A DNA stretch of 64,000 bases from a virus. Its lineage: Duplodnaviria > Caudoviricetes. The stretch lies in the IMG/VR virus record IMGVR_UViG_3300010885_013353, positions 161 to 64,160 of that record; one strand, written 5' to 3'. Below the pieces are notes generated by a model. It did no database searches, had not been told where the DNA came from, and saw only the letters and a program-made list of their open reading frames with translations. The translations under genes and the position numbers were made by a program. Positions 19,787 to 29,581 of the stretch are shown one piece after another. Position 1 is the first letter of the stretch. Each line of letters begins with the position of its first letter.

Positions 19787-20503
19787 ATGTTCGTGTACAT
19801 CTGGAAGCATAACGATACGCCTTTTTACGTTGGCCTTACAAAGGCAATTAGCAGGACAAACCCACTTAATGCAGGAGGGCGAAACTGGCTGTGCAAACAA
19901 AAGCTTGCTGAGGTAGGCCCAAAAAATGTTGTTGTCGAACTTCATAGAGTTGAATCCACAGAAGAAGGACAAAAACTAGAATGCAGTTTAATTGAAAAGT
20001 ATGGCAGGATCCAACTTAACAATGGCCCATTAACAAATCTAAAGGTAGGTGGTGATGGGACTGAAACAATGAGTGATTCTGGGCGCTTGGCTACAAGTGA
20101 ACGGATGAAAAAGAATAACCCAATGCAAGATCCTAAAGTACGCGCAAAACTTTTGGCACGAATGAACGATCCGGATGTAAAGGCTAGATTTGCTGGTGAT
20201 AACAACCCAGCCAAACGTCCAGAAGTACGTGAGAAGCTGTTAGCCAAATGGCAAGACTCAGAGTACAAGGAACGCCAACGCGCTGCCAAAACAGGCAAAC
20301 CAATCCATTCGGATGAAGAGAAAGAAAAACGGCGGCAGAGATTGCTTGGACCAGACAACCCAATGCGTGAATACCACAAGGTCTTAAACAGCGATCCTGC
20401 AATCAAAGCCAAACGGGTCGAGAGGTTGCGTAGCCCCGAAGTGCAAGCAAAAATATCTGTAGCACTTAAGTTATCGTGGGCGAAGCGCAAAGGTCTCATT
20501 TAG
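19787..20503 (+). CDS. GIY-YIG-like homing endonuclease with repeated DNA-binding motifs
   Basis: FVYIW...PFYVG, LIEKYGR...GPLTNL..GGDG, repeated NNP-x-K/M-x-PEVR; antisense insertion in the late operon. Confidence 0.7.
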   Translation: MFVYIWKHNDTPFYVGLTKAISRTNPLNAGGRNWLCKQKLAEVGPKNVVVELHRVESTEEGQKLECSLIEKYGRIQLNNGPLTNLKVGGDGTETMSDSGRLATSERMKKNNPMQDPKVRAKLLARMNDPDVKARFAGDNNPAKRPEVREKLLAKWQDSEYKERQRAAKTGKPIHSDEEKEKRRQRLLGPDNPMREYHKVLNSDPAIKAKRVERLRSPEVQAKISVALKLSWAKRKGLI

Positions 20504-21043
20504 TTATCCAAGCATGGAAGTTGCTTTGATTTTAACAGCCGCAACTCTGTTTAGCCATCCCGTGCCATAGACATTGAAGTTGCTTAGCCCACGGTAGAAC
20601 TCTTCTTTGGCGATGCTGAATAGGTTAATAACTGTTTCGGGGTTGTTGTATGCGTTTACAGCAGCCAAAGTCAACGGTCCAATCGACCCGTCCACCGTCG
20701 CACCAACAGCACTTTGCAGAGTCTTAGCACTGCGACCAACCCCAGCATTGACAGCAAAATCAAAGACAAGATAGTCAATGCCATCCGGTAAATCGTTGCA
20801 GCGACACGCATCCCAGAACTTCTTCTTATAAAACGGTTTAACATCGGCGGGGGTGAGCTTTTTCATCTGCTCATGGGTTACCTGATGACCTGTCCAGTTT
20901 TCCCAGTTGTATTGAGTCACGCCAAGCATGGTACTTCCGGGTCGTCCATCAGGCAGTTTATTCCCATTGTCACGTGGGTCGTCGCTAAAGCCGCCCTCAG
21001 ACCCAAGCATTAGCTCAAACGATTGTTCCCAATTACTTTGCAT
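20504..21043 (-). CDS. Endolysin, glycoside hydrolase family 108
   Basis: EGGF.DDPRD.G, FDFAVNAG, VDG.IGP.T, GWLNR. Confidence 0.9.
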   Translation of the reverse strand: MQSNWEQSFELMLGSEGGFSDDPRDNGNKLPDGRPGSTMLGVTQYNWENWTGHQVTHEQMKKLTPADVKPFYKKKFWDACRCNDLPDGIDYLVFDFAVNAGVGRSAKTLQSAVGATVDGSIGPLTLAAVNAYNNPETVINLFSIAKEEFYRGLSNFNVYGTGWLNRVAAVKIKATSMLG

Positions 21044-21470
21044 TATCCTGTCCTATGAACCGTATCCATTTTTGCAGGCTTACTAATTGCTGCGTAACTT
21101 CAGCGCATTGTCCAACAAATACTGGGTTTCCGGCACTTTCATCAACTCTGGGGGTGGCACCGGAAACGGTGGGCAGGTTACCGCCACTGGGATTGGGCTG
21201 CACCCTGTTAGCATAATAGTTGCGCAAAGCAGCAATGCGAGCTTCATATTCGTCCTTTACTGATGTAAAAATTAGTTCGTGCTTTTCGACCAAGGCGGCG
21301 TTCAATTGTTCTTGAGCCTTGCCGGTAGCTGCAACCTCTGCCTTAAACTTCAAAAACTTTTCATGCTCACCAGAGTAACCTTTCCAATACGCAAAACCTA
21401 GGGCAAACCCTAACGAAATTGCAATCGCTCCAATCTTTAGCCACATCGTGCTAGATAATGGAAACATCAC
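21033..21470 (-). CDS. i-spanin (Rz-like)
   Basis: N-terminal TM helix, coiled coil, embedded lipoprotein ORF, next to the endolysin. Confidence 0.8.
   Translation of the reverse strand: MMFPLSSTMWLKIGAIAISLGFALGFAYWKGYSGEHEKFLKFKAEVAATGKAQEQLNAALVEKHELIFTSVKDEYEARIAALRNYYANRVQPNPSGGNLPTVSGATPRVDESAGNPVFVGQCAEVTQQLVSLQKWIRFIGQDNAK
21083..21247 (-). CDS. o-spanin (Rz1-like lipoprotein) embedded in the i-spanin gene
   Basis: Hand-translated MKLALLLCATIMLTG-CSPIPVAVTCPPFPVPPPELMK...; lipobox LTGC; Pro-rich. Confidence 0.85.
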   Translation of the reverse strand: MKLALLLCATIMLTGCSPIPVAVTCPPFPVPPPELMKVPETQYLLDNALKLRSN

Positions 21471-21664
21471 TTACCTTTGAAGTTATTGTCGTCAATCGTA
21501 GCAAAACCCATATACGACCCGACTACAGCAGACACAAAAATATAAAAGGGCATTGCAATCGTTCCTAGTGTCGGTGACTCAGACACCAAAATCAACAACG
21601 GAAAAACCAGCCCGGCAAGCATTGACAGCCACGCCATCCTGCGCCGATTCTTCCATCTGTCCAT
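21467..21664 (-). CDS. Putative holin
   Basis: Basic N-terminus and two TM segments, inside the lysis cassette. Confidence 0.65.
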   Translation of the reverse strand: MDRWKNRRRMAWLSMLAGLVFPLLILVSESPTLGTIAMPFYIFVSAVVGSYMGFATIDDNNFKGK

Positions 21665-21726
21665 TAAAACCTCAATCCTTTAAACCAAATAACAACCTGC
21701 GCCCACTTCTCTTTAATCCAGTTCAT
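21664..21726 (-). CDS. 20-aa amphipathic peptide MNWIKEKWAQVVIWFKGLRF
   Basis: AAGGAG RBS; stop overlaps the holin start. Confidence 0.5.
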   Translation of the reverse strand: MNWIKEKWAQVVIWFKGLRF

Positions 21727-21738
21727 TTGCACTCCTTA

Positions 21739-21936
21739 TTAAAATGTAATAGCAAACAAAGGAACAGACGTTGCGTGAATCTCAACGCTTTGTTTAGGTT
21801 CAGATAGGTCATGCCCGCAATCAGAACAGACCTGTGCTGCAAGCTCTGCCTCATTTACGTCGCGGTCACAGTTCGGGCAAAGGATCTCAACCTTGTGTGC
21901 GGCTTCTGTATCGGTCGCTTGGTTTTCAATAATCAT
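21739..21936 (-). CDS. Small zinc-ribbon protein
   Basis: CPNC...CSDC. Confidence 0.6.
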   Translation of the reverse strand: MIIENQATDTEAAHKVEILCPNCDRDVNEAELAAQVCSDCGHDLSEPKQSVEIHATSVPLFAITF

Positions 21937-21944
21937 GTTTATCC

Positions 21945-22688
21945 TTAAATTGGTACAAGGTTTGTAGTGCCAACAGTAGTGAATGTATGAAACCAGCGCG
22001 TTGCTGCACCAGAACCTGTAGAAGTAACAGTACCGCCTGTGTAGAGCTGTGTTGCGCTTACGTAGGAAACAATAACACCACCTTTTAACGAACCAAACGG
22101 GTTGTAACCAAGGCCATTACTGCCAGCAGAAGAACTTCCATGTCCTGCGGCATTTGCACCGCCGCCAGCTCCACCGCCATAGTATGAGCCGTTAATAGCC
22201 CACGTTATACCTACGCCGCCGTTGCCACCAGTGTATGTGCCGGATGTGTATGGAGGTGAATCAACAGCAGAACCACCACCGCCAACAGCACCCTGCCCAC
22301 CGCCACCACCAGAAGCCCAAGGACTGTTGTAGTCGCCTAGGTAAATTTCTTGTCCGCTGCCACCTGCATTACTGTTTCCAGATGCTCCGCCGTTAGTATT
22401 AGTACCGTCTACTGTGTTGGTTGATTGCCCGTTAACACCGCCAGCAGCCGTTGTACCGTTAAAGCTTGAGCTATTTGTAGCAGCGCCTACAACAACAGCG
22501 TAACTTTGTAACCTGCTTAATAACGCAGATATAGCCCGCACTTGACCGCCGCCACCACCGCCGCCACTGTCAGCACCGTTATTACCTGTACCACCAACAA
22601 TTACATAGTCAGCAGAAACAGGGGGGATTAACGTACCAAAACCAAACGCGCCCGTAGCCGCCGCTCCGATTGTTGATAAACGAGGCAT
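21945..22688 (-). CDS. Glycine-rich tail-associated protein
   Basis: Gly-rich runs; C-terminal GGTVT...HTFT motif. Confidence 0.65.
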   Translation of the reverse strand: MPRLSTIGAAATGAFGFGTLIPPVSADYVIVGGTGNNGADSGGGGGGGQVRAISALLSRLQSYAVVVGAATNSSSFNGTTAAGGVNGQSTNTVDGTNTNGGASGNSNAGGSGQEIYLGDYNSPWASGGGGGQGAVGGGGSAVDSPPYTSGTYTGGNGGVGITWAINGSYYGGGAGGGANAAGHGSSSAGSNGLGYNPFGSLKGGVIVSYVSATQLYTGGTVTSTGSGAATRWFHTFTTVGTTNLVPI

Positions 22689-23518
22689 TATGCAAACCTA
22701 GTTTGTGATGCAAGAACAGTAAACGTAGCACTTGCGGTTTTAATAATTGCGTAGGTGTATGCGTCAATACTGTTTGCGTTGCCTGATGCGGGTGCAGTAC
22801 CACCTTGCCATTTGGGAGTAACAGATGTTCCATCAACTTGAACTACGGTGTTGTAATACGCAGTGGCACCTTGGGTAACCAGAAACGTAGCGCTGAATGA
22901 CTGTCCAACAGACATAAGGCTGTTAAGTGCTGTGCCGCTATTACCACGGAAGTTAAGTGTCCAGTTAGCAGATGCGTTACTTGTGTAGTAAAGGACAGCT
23001 TGAGTCAGTGTATCAAAGTTAATCGTGCCTGTTGCTGCCGTTGCCGATACCGTAATGGTTTCACGGATGCCAGTTATTAACGGGTTAACAAGAGTGCTAT
23101 ATGTTGGGGGGGTCAGTACGATGCTCGCACCAAATACACCATTACTGCCATCGCAGTACAGGGTTGTCTGTGTACCAGTTAAGCAGTTAAACGCTGACCC
23201 ACTAGGTGTTTTGATGCCAACAGTTTGTGTTGTGTTGTTTGTAACGATGTAAGTTTTTGGCTCGTCAGGAATAATAACGTTTCGTGTTACCGCGTTTGAG
23301 CCATTGACTATCAGCACAGCGCTACGGGCTTCGTCTAATGTCCCGTTAAAGGAAGTAAGTGTTACATCAGCAGAGGTTACATTGACCGTTGTTACCCCGG
23401 TAATTGCTTGTTCAATCAAAGACCCAAGGTTGTTGTTGGTTGACTGCCCCCAAATGCCGTCTTGTTCGCCGTCACCGACTAACTCGATGCGTAGGGATGG
23501 TGAAAAGGTACTTGGCAT
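22688..23518 (-). CDS. Tail fibre / baseplate-like structural protein
   Basis: MPSTFS..LRIEL...GIWG..TN.N N-terminus; KWQGG.AP...DAYTY C-terminus. Confidence 0.65.
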   Translation of the reverse strand: MPSTFSPSLRIELVGDGEQDGIWGQSTNNNLGSLIEQAITGVTTVNVTSADVTLTSFNGTLDEARSAVLIVNGSNAVTRNVIIPDEPKTYIVTNNTTQTVGIKTPSGSAFNCLTGTQTTLYCDGSNGVFGASIVLTPPTYSTLVNPLITGIRETITVSATAATGTINFDTLTQAVLYYTSNASANWTLNFRGNSGTALNSLMSVGQSFSATFLVTQGATAYYNTVVQVDGTSVTPKWQGGTAPASGNANSIDAYTYAIIKTASATFTVLASQTRFA

Positions 23519-23528
23519 TATCTAGCTC

Positions 23529-23894
23529 CTATGCGGCAAGAACGTCTTGCCAATTATTTGTCTGTGCAGCATCTACATCTACCCAGCTCTCAACTTGTGC
23601 ATCGTTTACATCAACCCAACTTGAAGCCTGAATTGGAACAATATCGCTCCAAACAAAGAACGGACCAATTACGACTGTACCTTGAACGCCGGTTAAGAAT
23701 ACCGTAGCGCTACCAATTACAGTGGCGGTGCCTAAGAAACCTGTGCCTTGAACCCCAGTAAGTGTAACGTTTGCATCGGCTGTTACGTTAGCAGTGCCAA
23801 GCGCAGTTGTTCCTACCACTCCGGTCACATTAACCGCTGTGGTATCAGTTATATCAGCAAAAGCTCCAGCGGCGAATGGTAAAAAACCGAACAT
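23529..23894 (-). CDS. Putative tail structural protein
   Basis: MFGF.PFA...F start; VTGV repeats; W-rich end. Confidence 0.55.
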   Translation of the reverse strand: MFGFLPFAAGAFADITDTTAVNVTGVVGTTALGTANVTADANVTLTGVQGTGFLGTATVIGSATVFLTGVQGTVVIGPFFVWSDIVPIQASSWVDVNDAQVESWVDVDAAQTNNWQDVLAA

Positions 23895-23990
23895 TTAATA
23901 TACTTTAAGTAAAAACAACACGGCTGTTACAGCCGCAACGGGGAATAAAACATCTAAAGCTGCATCAAGCGTGTTCAAAGTTTGTGCGGT

Positions 23991-24299
23991 TCACTCTGCG
24001 GCAACCCAAGGCAACGGTACTGGCTCTGGTGTAGGGATAGCCGCTTGTGCAATCAACGCATCAACCTCTGCTTCCATTGCTGCCACACGATTTACACCCA
24101 ATGCGTCTTGTGTCCACTGCACGGCTTCGGCTTGGGTAATGTCTGCGTAAGGGATGAAGTTTGCAGCGTCAGCGGGCAGCAGGTTGACCGAGTAAGTCAC
24201 CGATTGACCGTTTTCAGCAATTGTGAAGTTGCTCATCACAACCGTTTCGGGCAGGGGTGTGTTCATTACTGACAGTGAATTGATTATCCAAGTTTTCAT
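23991..24299 (-). CDS. Tail fibre-associated protein/chaperone
   Basis: FIPYADIT....WTQDALG...LPW, downstream of the fibre gene. Confidence 0.55.
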   Translation of the reverse strand: MKTWIINSLSVMNTPLPETVVMSNFTIAENGQSVTYSVNLLPADAANFIPYADITQAEAVQWTQDALGVNRVAAMEAEVDALIAQAAIPTPEPVPLPWVAAE

Positions 24300-24496
24300 A
24301 GTTGCACCTGTGGAATTGGAGTGACTGGCGCTTGCGTAATCGCAGCCGCATCAGCCTGTTGCTTAATCTTTTGCATCAACATAAAAGCTCCCGATTTCGA
24401 TGGCAACTCACCCAACACTTGTTGGATAAAGTTAATTTCTTCGGGGGCAAGACTAAGGGGTATTTCTTTCAATTTAAAGCTCCTGTTATTAACCAA
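24296..24496 (-). CDS. Small tail fibre-associated protein
   Basis: EIN.I...LGELP...L..KIK.Q motif. Confidence 0.55.
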   Translation of the reverse strand: MVNNRSFKLKEIPLSLAPEEINFIQQVLGELPSKSGAFMLMQKIKQQADAAAITQAPVTPIPQVQL

Positions 24497-27400
24497 CTAA
24501 AAGTCTACGAGTTGTGCCGCCTGCATCTTTAATCGTAATGTAACCAGCTTGGGCAATGATACCTGCAGTGTACGTGCCAAATTTTAATACGCCTGTACCT
24601 TTAGGTGTCAGGGCTAGGTCAATGTTGGTGTCCGAACCAGCAGCTTGAATTACTGGCGAAACACCTGTTGCCGCCCCTTGCACATCCACATAGTTAACCG
24701 CACTAGCCACAACCGCAACACGCAAAGAATTTGCACCGGGCGCTCCCGCAAGAGTCCAGTTACCTGCTGAGTCTACACGACCACGCTCTGCATTTGATGT
24801 ACCGTTATTAGTTGAAAATATCATTCGCCCGGGCATTACCCCCGCGCTTACAGCGCCGTCTACAGAAACAAATAACGACGCAGCAGTTAGATAATTTGTA
24901 CCATCATATGCTAACCAAGAGTTTGTACTTACTGTATCACCATCTAGTACAACAGTTGGCGCAGCGGCAGTACCTCTTGACTTAAATTGAGCAAAATTTG
25001 GCCCTCCCGTAGCATCAGCGCTTTTTCTTAAAGCTAGTAAATTACCTGTCGTCGAATTTGAGCTAAATAATGCACCAACAATCGTTGCACTTCCCGCAGG
25101 AAGCGTGGAGTCCCCAAGGGTCAGTAAACCCGCACCTTTTGGCGTAAGGGCTATGTTAATGTTGGTGTCTGAGCCTGCTGCAACCAAAGCTGCTGCACTG
25201 CCCGTAGCTCCACCATCTACTCGCAAATAGTTAACTGTAGAAGTTGTGTAACCTATGGCAAACTGAACACTAGCTAATGAGTTTGCGTAAAAAACAATGT
25301 TGCCAGTTCCTTTACTTGAAAAATTTAACCCAATATTGGTGTCAGAGCCTTGCGCTGTAATAGATGGGCTTCCAGCGGTAGCAGCACCTGTTACTTGCAT
25401 TAAATTAACTGCGGATGCTGTATTAGCTATTGCAAATTGTTGAGTGGTAGCGCCGTTAGTCCAGAATACATGACCACCTGTGCCTTTTGATGTATAAGAT
25501 ATTCCAATATTAGTGTCTGAGCCTACCGCTGTAAATGTTGGTGCAGAGCCAGCAACATTCCCGCTTGCTTGCAAATAATTAACGGCTGATCCTACATCCG
25601 AAATAGCAAAACCCAAAGACGTTAGGTTTCTTGTATAAAAGTAATGCGCCGATACACCTTTTGTTGTATACGCAAGAGATATATTTGCATCAGAACCTTG
25701 AGCTGAAATAATTGGTAAGCCGCTCGTAACCGCACCCGTTACTTGCAAATAGTTAACAGCGGAGGCTGTGTTGGATACAGCAAATTGAATATTTGGCGTA
25801 GTGTTTGTTGAAAATACATGACCGCCAGCACCTTTTGAAAGCAATAGGATACTGACGTTCGTATCAGACCCTTGTGCTGAAAGAATTGGTGCGCCCGTAG
25901 TTGCATTTCCCGATGCTTGCAAATAGTTTACTGCGGATGCTGTGTTGCCGATGTTGAATTGGGGTGTGCTATTGCTGTAAAAGAAATGTTGTCCTGCGCC
26001 TTTTGTAAAGTATGCAAAGGCTATGTTTGTATCACTTCCAGCTGCCTGTATGTTTGGTGACTGACCTGCAATTGCACCCTGCACGTTCAAATAATTCACG
26101 GCACTAGCAACTGGCGTGACACGCAGGGATTCTGAGCCAGCCGCTGCGCCTAGTGACCATACACCTGCCGATGACACACGCCCACGGTCTATGCTACTTG
26201 TACCAAAAACAATTGCAGACGCATTGTTTGTATAAATCAATGCTTGGGTTGCTACGTTTTGAAATGCAAGATATCCCAAGTTTGCGTTTGCAAATCCAAG
26301 CGTTGTCCCGGTTGCCGCAGAGCTATTTTGCTGTAAATATGTGCCTCTAAAAGATGGTGTGGAATAATAATCCGATGCCACCGCACCAACAAGTGCGCTT
26401 GATGTTGTTGCGCTTCCTCTTGCAAAGATTGTTGACCCTGTAGTAACAACTTCCAAAGTTGCGCTTGGTGTTGCTGTTCCTATTCCCACCGCACCCGCAA
26501 AGTAATTGGGAGCTGAACCGTTAGCATAGAAGTTGTGCCTACCACCCACGGCTGCTGTACCAGTATCTGCTACTAATACAATGTCTGTCCCAGCTTGAGC
26601 GTAAGTAAATGTGGTCGTTGTTGGAACACTTGCAATAACAAAAGTGCCATTGACGCTGGTGTTAGTTACCGCTGCTACCGTTACCGACTGTCCTGCGGTG
26701 AATCCGTGCGCCACCGATGTAGTGATGGTCACTATGTTTGTGGTGCGTTCAACAAAAGTAATTGATCTTGTTGTTGCCGTAGCTATGTTGCTGTAGAAGC
26801 CGTAGTTGTTGGTTGCACCGATAAGAGTTGCATCAGCATAAAAACCAAATTGGCTAGTTACTGTGCCGCTAATCGTACCTTGTGCAGCACTATAAAGCCG
26901 AGCTTGTGAAGTTGTTACCCCAGTTATTTGACTTAATGATGCGCTAAAGTATTGTGCAATCCCGGTTACATCGGTTTGCAATTGACCGTTAGAAATAACG
27001 CCAAGGGCGTTTGTGCCACCTGTTATATTTTTACCAACGGTTAAAGAAAAATTTGTATTTGCAGTATTGCCGCCAAGAAAAACGCTGCCATTGTTTGCAA
27101 TACGCATACGCTCGGTTGGGCTAGACGCACCATCTGCCGTAACGCTAAACACCAAACGACCGGGCATATCGTTTGTGCCGGGTGTGCCGTCTACTTGTGA
27201 CAATATTTGTGCGCTACGAATAAAGTTTGTGCCATCTGAGCCGCTGAAATAAATTGCACCTAACAAATCACCACTAGATACTAAAGCGTGTGCGCCAACT
27301 GTAGCTGAATTAGATTTTGCTAACGACAATGCGCCGCCAAAGCCTGCGGCTGCATTATTGTAAATAGCTGCCCCAAGAGAAGAACTTACTCCTCCTACGC

Positions 27401-27965
27401 CCAAAACTTCAAGTCCTGCACCGTATAAACCACCGTCTCCGGTAGGCATTGACACTGTTGCTGTATGACCAACAACAACTTTTCCAGTTGCATCAATTAC
27501 CGTAGGCGTAGAGTCAGGGTTGGCACTGTCTTCAACTAGCAATGCGTTACCTGCGCCCACCTGCGTGATGCGTAGGGCTGCGTTTGCAGAGTTGTCCGAG
27601 ATGATTGCGTTGCCGTTGAACACCGGGCTGGCGGGGATATACGCATTACTACTGTCTAGGTAAACAGCTTTTTCAGCAGGGTATGTAACAAACACATCTT
27701 TTGTACCAGCCGAGAAAGTAACTGCACTCCCAGCGTTGGAAGAAGAAAGAATAGTCGTACGGGTTAATGTCCCTGCACCAACCGTGCCAATACCTACTTC
27801 CCACTCGTTTAATAACTGACTGGCAATTGTGTAATAACAGGTATTGGTGTTGCCAATAGCAGCACTGAACGTCTGATACCCAATAACGGCACCAGCAAGC
27901 GTAAAGGTTCCCGTTCCAGTCGTTACGCTGGTCTCTTTAACGCGGTCGGCTAATACAAGAGCCAT
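24489..27965 (-). CDS. Long tail fibre / receptor-binding protein with internal repeats
   Basis: MALVLADRVKET N-terminus, ERMRI motif, seven SAVNY...GSDTN...KG repeats. Confidence 0.8.
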   Translation of the reverse strand: MALVLADRVKETSVTTGTGTFTLAGAVIGYQTFSAAIGNTNTCYYTIASQLLNEWEVGIGTVGAGTLTRTTILSSSNAGSAVTFSAGTKDVFVTYPAEKAVYLDSSNAYIPASPVFNGNAIISDNSANAALRITQVGAGNALLVEDSANPDSTPTVIDATGKVVVGHTATVSMPTGDGGLYGAGLEVLGVGGVSSSLGAAIYNNAAAGFGGALSLAKSNSATVGAHALVSSGDLLGAIYFSGSDGTNFIRSAQILSQVDGTPGTNDMPGRLVFSVTADGASSPTERMRIANNGSVFLGGNTANTNFSLTVGKNITGGTNALGVISNGQLQTDVTGIAQYFSASLSQITGVTTSQARLYSAAQGTISGTVTSQFGFYADATLIGATNNYGFYSNIATATTRSITFVERTTNIVTITTSVAHGFTAGQSVTVAAVTNTSVNGTFVIASVPTTTTFTYAQAGTDIVLVADTGTAAVGGRHNFYANGSAPNYFAGAVGIGTATPSATLEVVTTGSTIFARGSATTSSALVGAVASDYYSTPSFRGTYLQQNSSAATGTTLGFANANLGYLAFQNVATQALIYTNNASAIVFGTSSIDRGRVSSAGVWSLGAAAGSESLRVTPVASAVNYLNVQGAIAGQSPNIQAAGSDTNIAFAYFTKGAGQHFFYSNSTPQFNIGNTASAVNYLQASGNATTGAPILSAQGSDTNVSILLLSKGAGGHVFSTNTTPNIQFAVSNTASAVNYLQVTGAVTSGLPIISAQGSDANISLAYTTKGVSAHYFYTRNLTSLGFAISDVGSAVNYLQASGNVAGSAPTFTAVGSDTNIGISYTSKGTGGHVFWTNGATTQQFAIANTASAVNLMQVTGAATAGSPSITAQGSDTNIGLNFSSKGTGNIVFYANSLASVQFAIGYTTSTVNYLRVDGGATGSAAALVAAGSDTNINIALTPKGAGLLTLGDSTLPAGSATIVGALFSSNSTTGNLLALRKSADATGGPNFAQFKSRGTAAAPTVVLDGDTVSTNSWLAYDGTNYLTAASLFVSVDGAVSAGVMPGRMIFSTNNGTSNAERGRVDSAGNWTLAGAPGANSLRVAVVASAVNYVDVQGAATGVSPVIQAAGSDTNIDLALTPKGTGVLKFGTYTAGIIAQAGYITIKDAGGTTRRLLVG

Positions 27966-27977
27966 GTCCGAATCCTA

Positions 27978-28427
27978 TTAAGCAATACGAATAATTGCGT
28001 TTGAAGCATCTGCTGTCGGGAATACGATAGTAAATGTACCTGCGGTTGAGGTCTTGTCGCTACCAAAGTCTAGAACCGCCACACACTTGTTGCCCTGTGT
28101 GCTGTTATAAATCATTGCGCCGCGAGCAGTAATCGTTGCTGTTGACCATGAGCTATTTGTGAACGACAGATAAGCTGTAGTGCCTGACGATACAGGAACC
28201 ACTGATATTGCCAGCGTATTGCCACCAGCCGTGTAACCTGTGCCAACCACCTCACCAGAAGTAGTATAAGCGGTTGTGGTCGCGCTAAGCGTAGCTGCTG
28301 ACGTATACAGAGCAATCTTAAATGTATCTGCTGCGGTAGAGGCGCGAATAACCCCAACACCAAAGTTGTGAATGCCATCAAGGATTTCAACCTTGAACGA
28401 TGTTGCCATTGCCTGTGTGATTGCCAT
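27978..28427 (-). CDS. Tail-associated structural protein
   Basis: TSFK.E, FKIALYTS, GYTAGG, VLDFG.DK, AIIRIA motifs. Confidence 0.7.
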   Translation of the reverse strand: MAITQAMATSFKVEILDGIHNFGVGVIRASTAADTFKIALYTSAATLSATTTAYTTSGEVVGTGYTAGGNTLAISVVPVSSGTTAYLSFTNSSWSTATITARGAMIYNSTQGNKCVAVLDFGSDKTSTAGTFTIVFPTADASNAIIRIA

Positions 28428-28444
28428 GAAAGGCTCCTAAAAAA

Positions 28445-29092
28445 TTATCGTACTGGCCCCGGAACCGGGAGTCTAAGTTGTCCGTCACGGTAAGCACTAC
28501 GACGATCTTTACCATCGCCCAAATCTTTAAGGAGCGCCAATGATTCCTGATATTTTTGCTCGTAGTAAGCGACCATATCTTGCTCGCCTTTTTGGAATAT
28601 TACAGCTTCACGCAACGCACCATACAACAACACGGACTCAAAGTTATTGCCAAGCCAGCTAGTACTAGCAGTAACAATTGACTCAGGATAATAGTATTGG
28701 TGAAGCTCAACCACATAGTTCTGGTCTGGGGTAGGACCAATGATGAACGTATAGGGAGCAAACTGCCCAAAGTACTTGGGTAGCCCAGTATCTGTTGCGT
28801 TTGGATAAGCCTGACGAATAAAGTTAACGTCTTTGTCAATCAAAAACTGTTGGTCACCACTGGTATCGGTTACAGCTAACGAAAAGGTCGCCAGATAGTC
28901 TGTCGGTAAAGACAGGTATTTATCGTTGGCAGTAAACGCGCCCACAACGTTGCGTCGAATAGCTGGGATTTGTACGGCGTTGTACACACGCTCTTCTGCA
29001 AGCTGAACAAACGTAGGAATCTGCGAAACAAATACCGATTCGGTAGTTTCCGTGTATTCTTCGATTGCAGTAACGAGCTGTGTGTAGTTCAT
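28445..29092 (-). CDS. Head-tail adaptor protein
   Basis: MNY.QL, F...AE.R, GPTPD..Y, LLYG.L.EA motifs. Confidence 0.7.
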   Translation of the reverse strand: MNYTQLVTAIEEYTETTESVFVSQIPTFVQLAEERVYNAVQIPAIRRNVVGAFTANDKYLSLPTDYLATFSLAVTDTSGDQQFLIDKDVNFIRQAYPNATDTGLPKYFGQFAPYTFIIGPTPDQNYVVELHQYYYPESIVTASTSWLGNNFESVLLYGALREAVIFQKGEQDMVAYYEQKYQESLALLKDLGDGKDRRSAYRDGQLRLPVPGPVR

Positions 29093-29095
29093 GTC

Positions 29096-29377
29096 TTACG
29101 CCATCGGTCCGCGAGCCATACGGCCCTTCGTTGCACAGCCATTGCCGCGAGTCACAATGCCTGTTGTCTTGACATCATCACGGTCAGGGTTACCAGCGCT
29201 TACGCGACCAGCAAGTGTTCCGGGATTCATCTGGCTTGCAGACAAGGTGTTAGGATCAGGCTTACGGCTAACCGCGTCCTTCATGCTAACTGGGCCACCT
29301 TTCATTGTGTGTGGCTCGGCATAGATGCCAGCATCGCCGACTTCTTTACCCATCATTTTTGCGCTAAACTTAGCCAT
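29096..29377 (-). CDS. Small basic virion-associated protein
   Basis: RG.G.ATKG..ARGPMA ending. Confidence 0.6.
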   Translation of the reverse strand: MAKFSAKMMGKEVGDAGIYAEPHTMKGGPVSMKDAVSRKPDPNTLSASQMNPGTLAGRVSAGNPDRDDVKTTGIVTRGNGCATKGRMARGPMA

Positions 29378-29379
29378 GA

Positions 29380-29571
29380 TTAACCTCTTTTTTGAGCTGC
29401 GATTTTAGCTAAGTTACGACCCATCTTCTTCATGTCAGCGTTTGTTTTGCCGCCACCAGAAGTTGGTGTGCCTTTGCCTTTCAATGCAGTAACAGTTGGA
29501 CCGCTATTACCAAGGTTCTTGCCCTCGGTCTTGCCTTTTTTTGCTACGCCATCAGCGCCACGTTTAAACAT
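29380..29571 (-). CDS. Small basic protein
   Basis: ADG.AKKGKT.G and MGRNLA motifs; AGGAG RBS. Confidence 0.6.
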   Translation of the reverse strand: MFKRGADGVAKKGKTEGKNLGNSGPTVTALKGKGTPTSGGGKTNADMKKMGRNLAKIAAQKRG

Positions 29572-29581
29572 GATTAACTCC

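Noticed and set aside
24489-27965. Diversity-generating retroelement acting on the fibre
   Set aside because: No reverse transcriptase and no adenine-specific TR/VR pair seen
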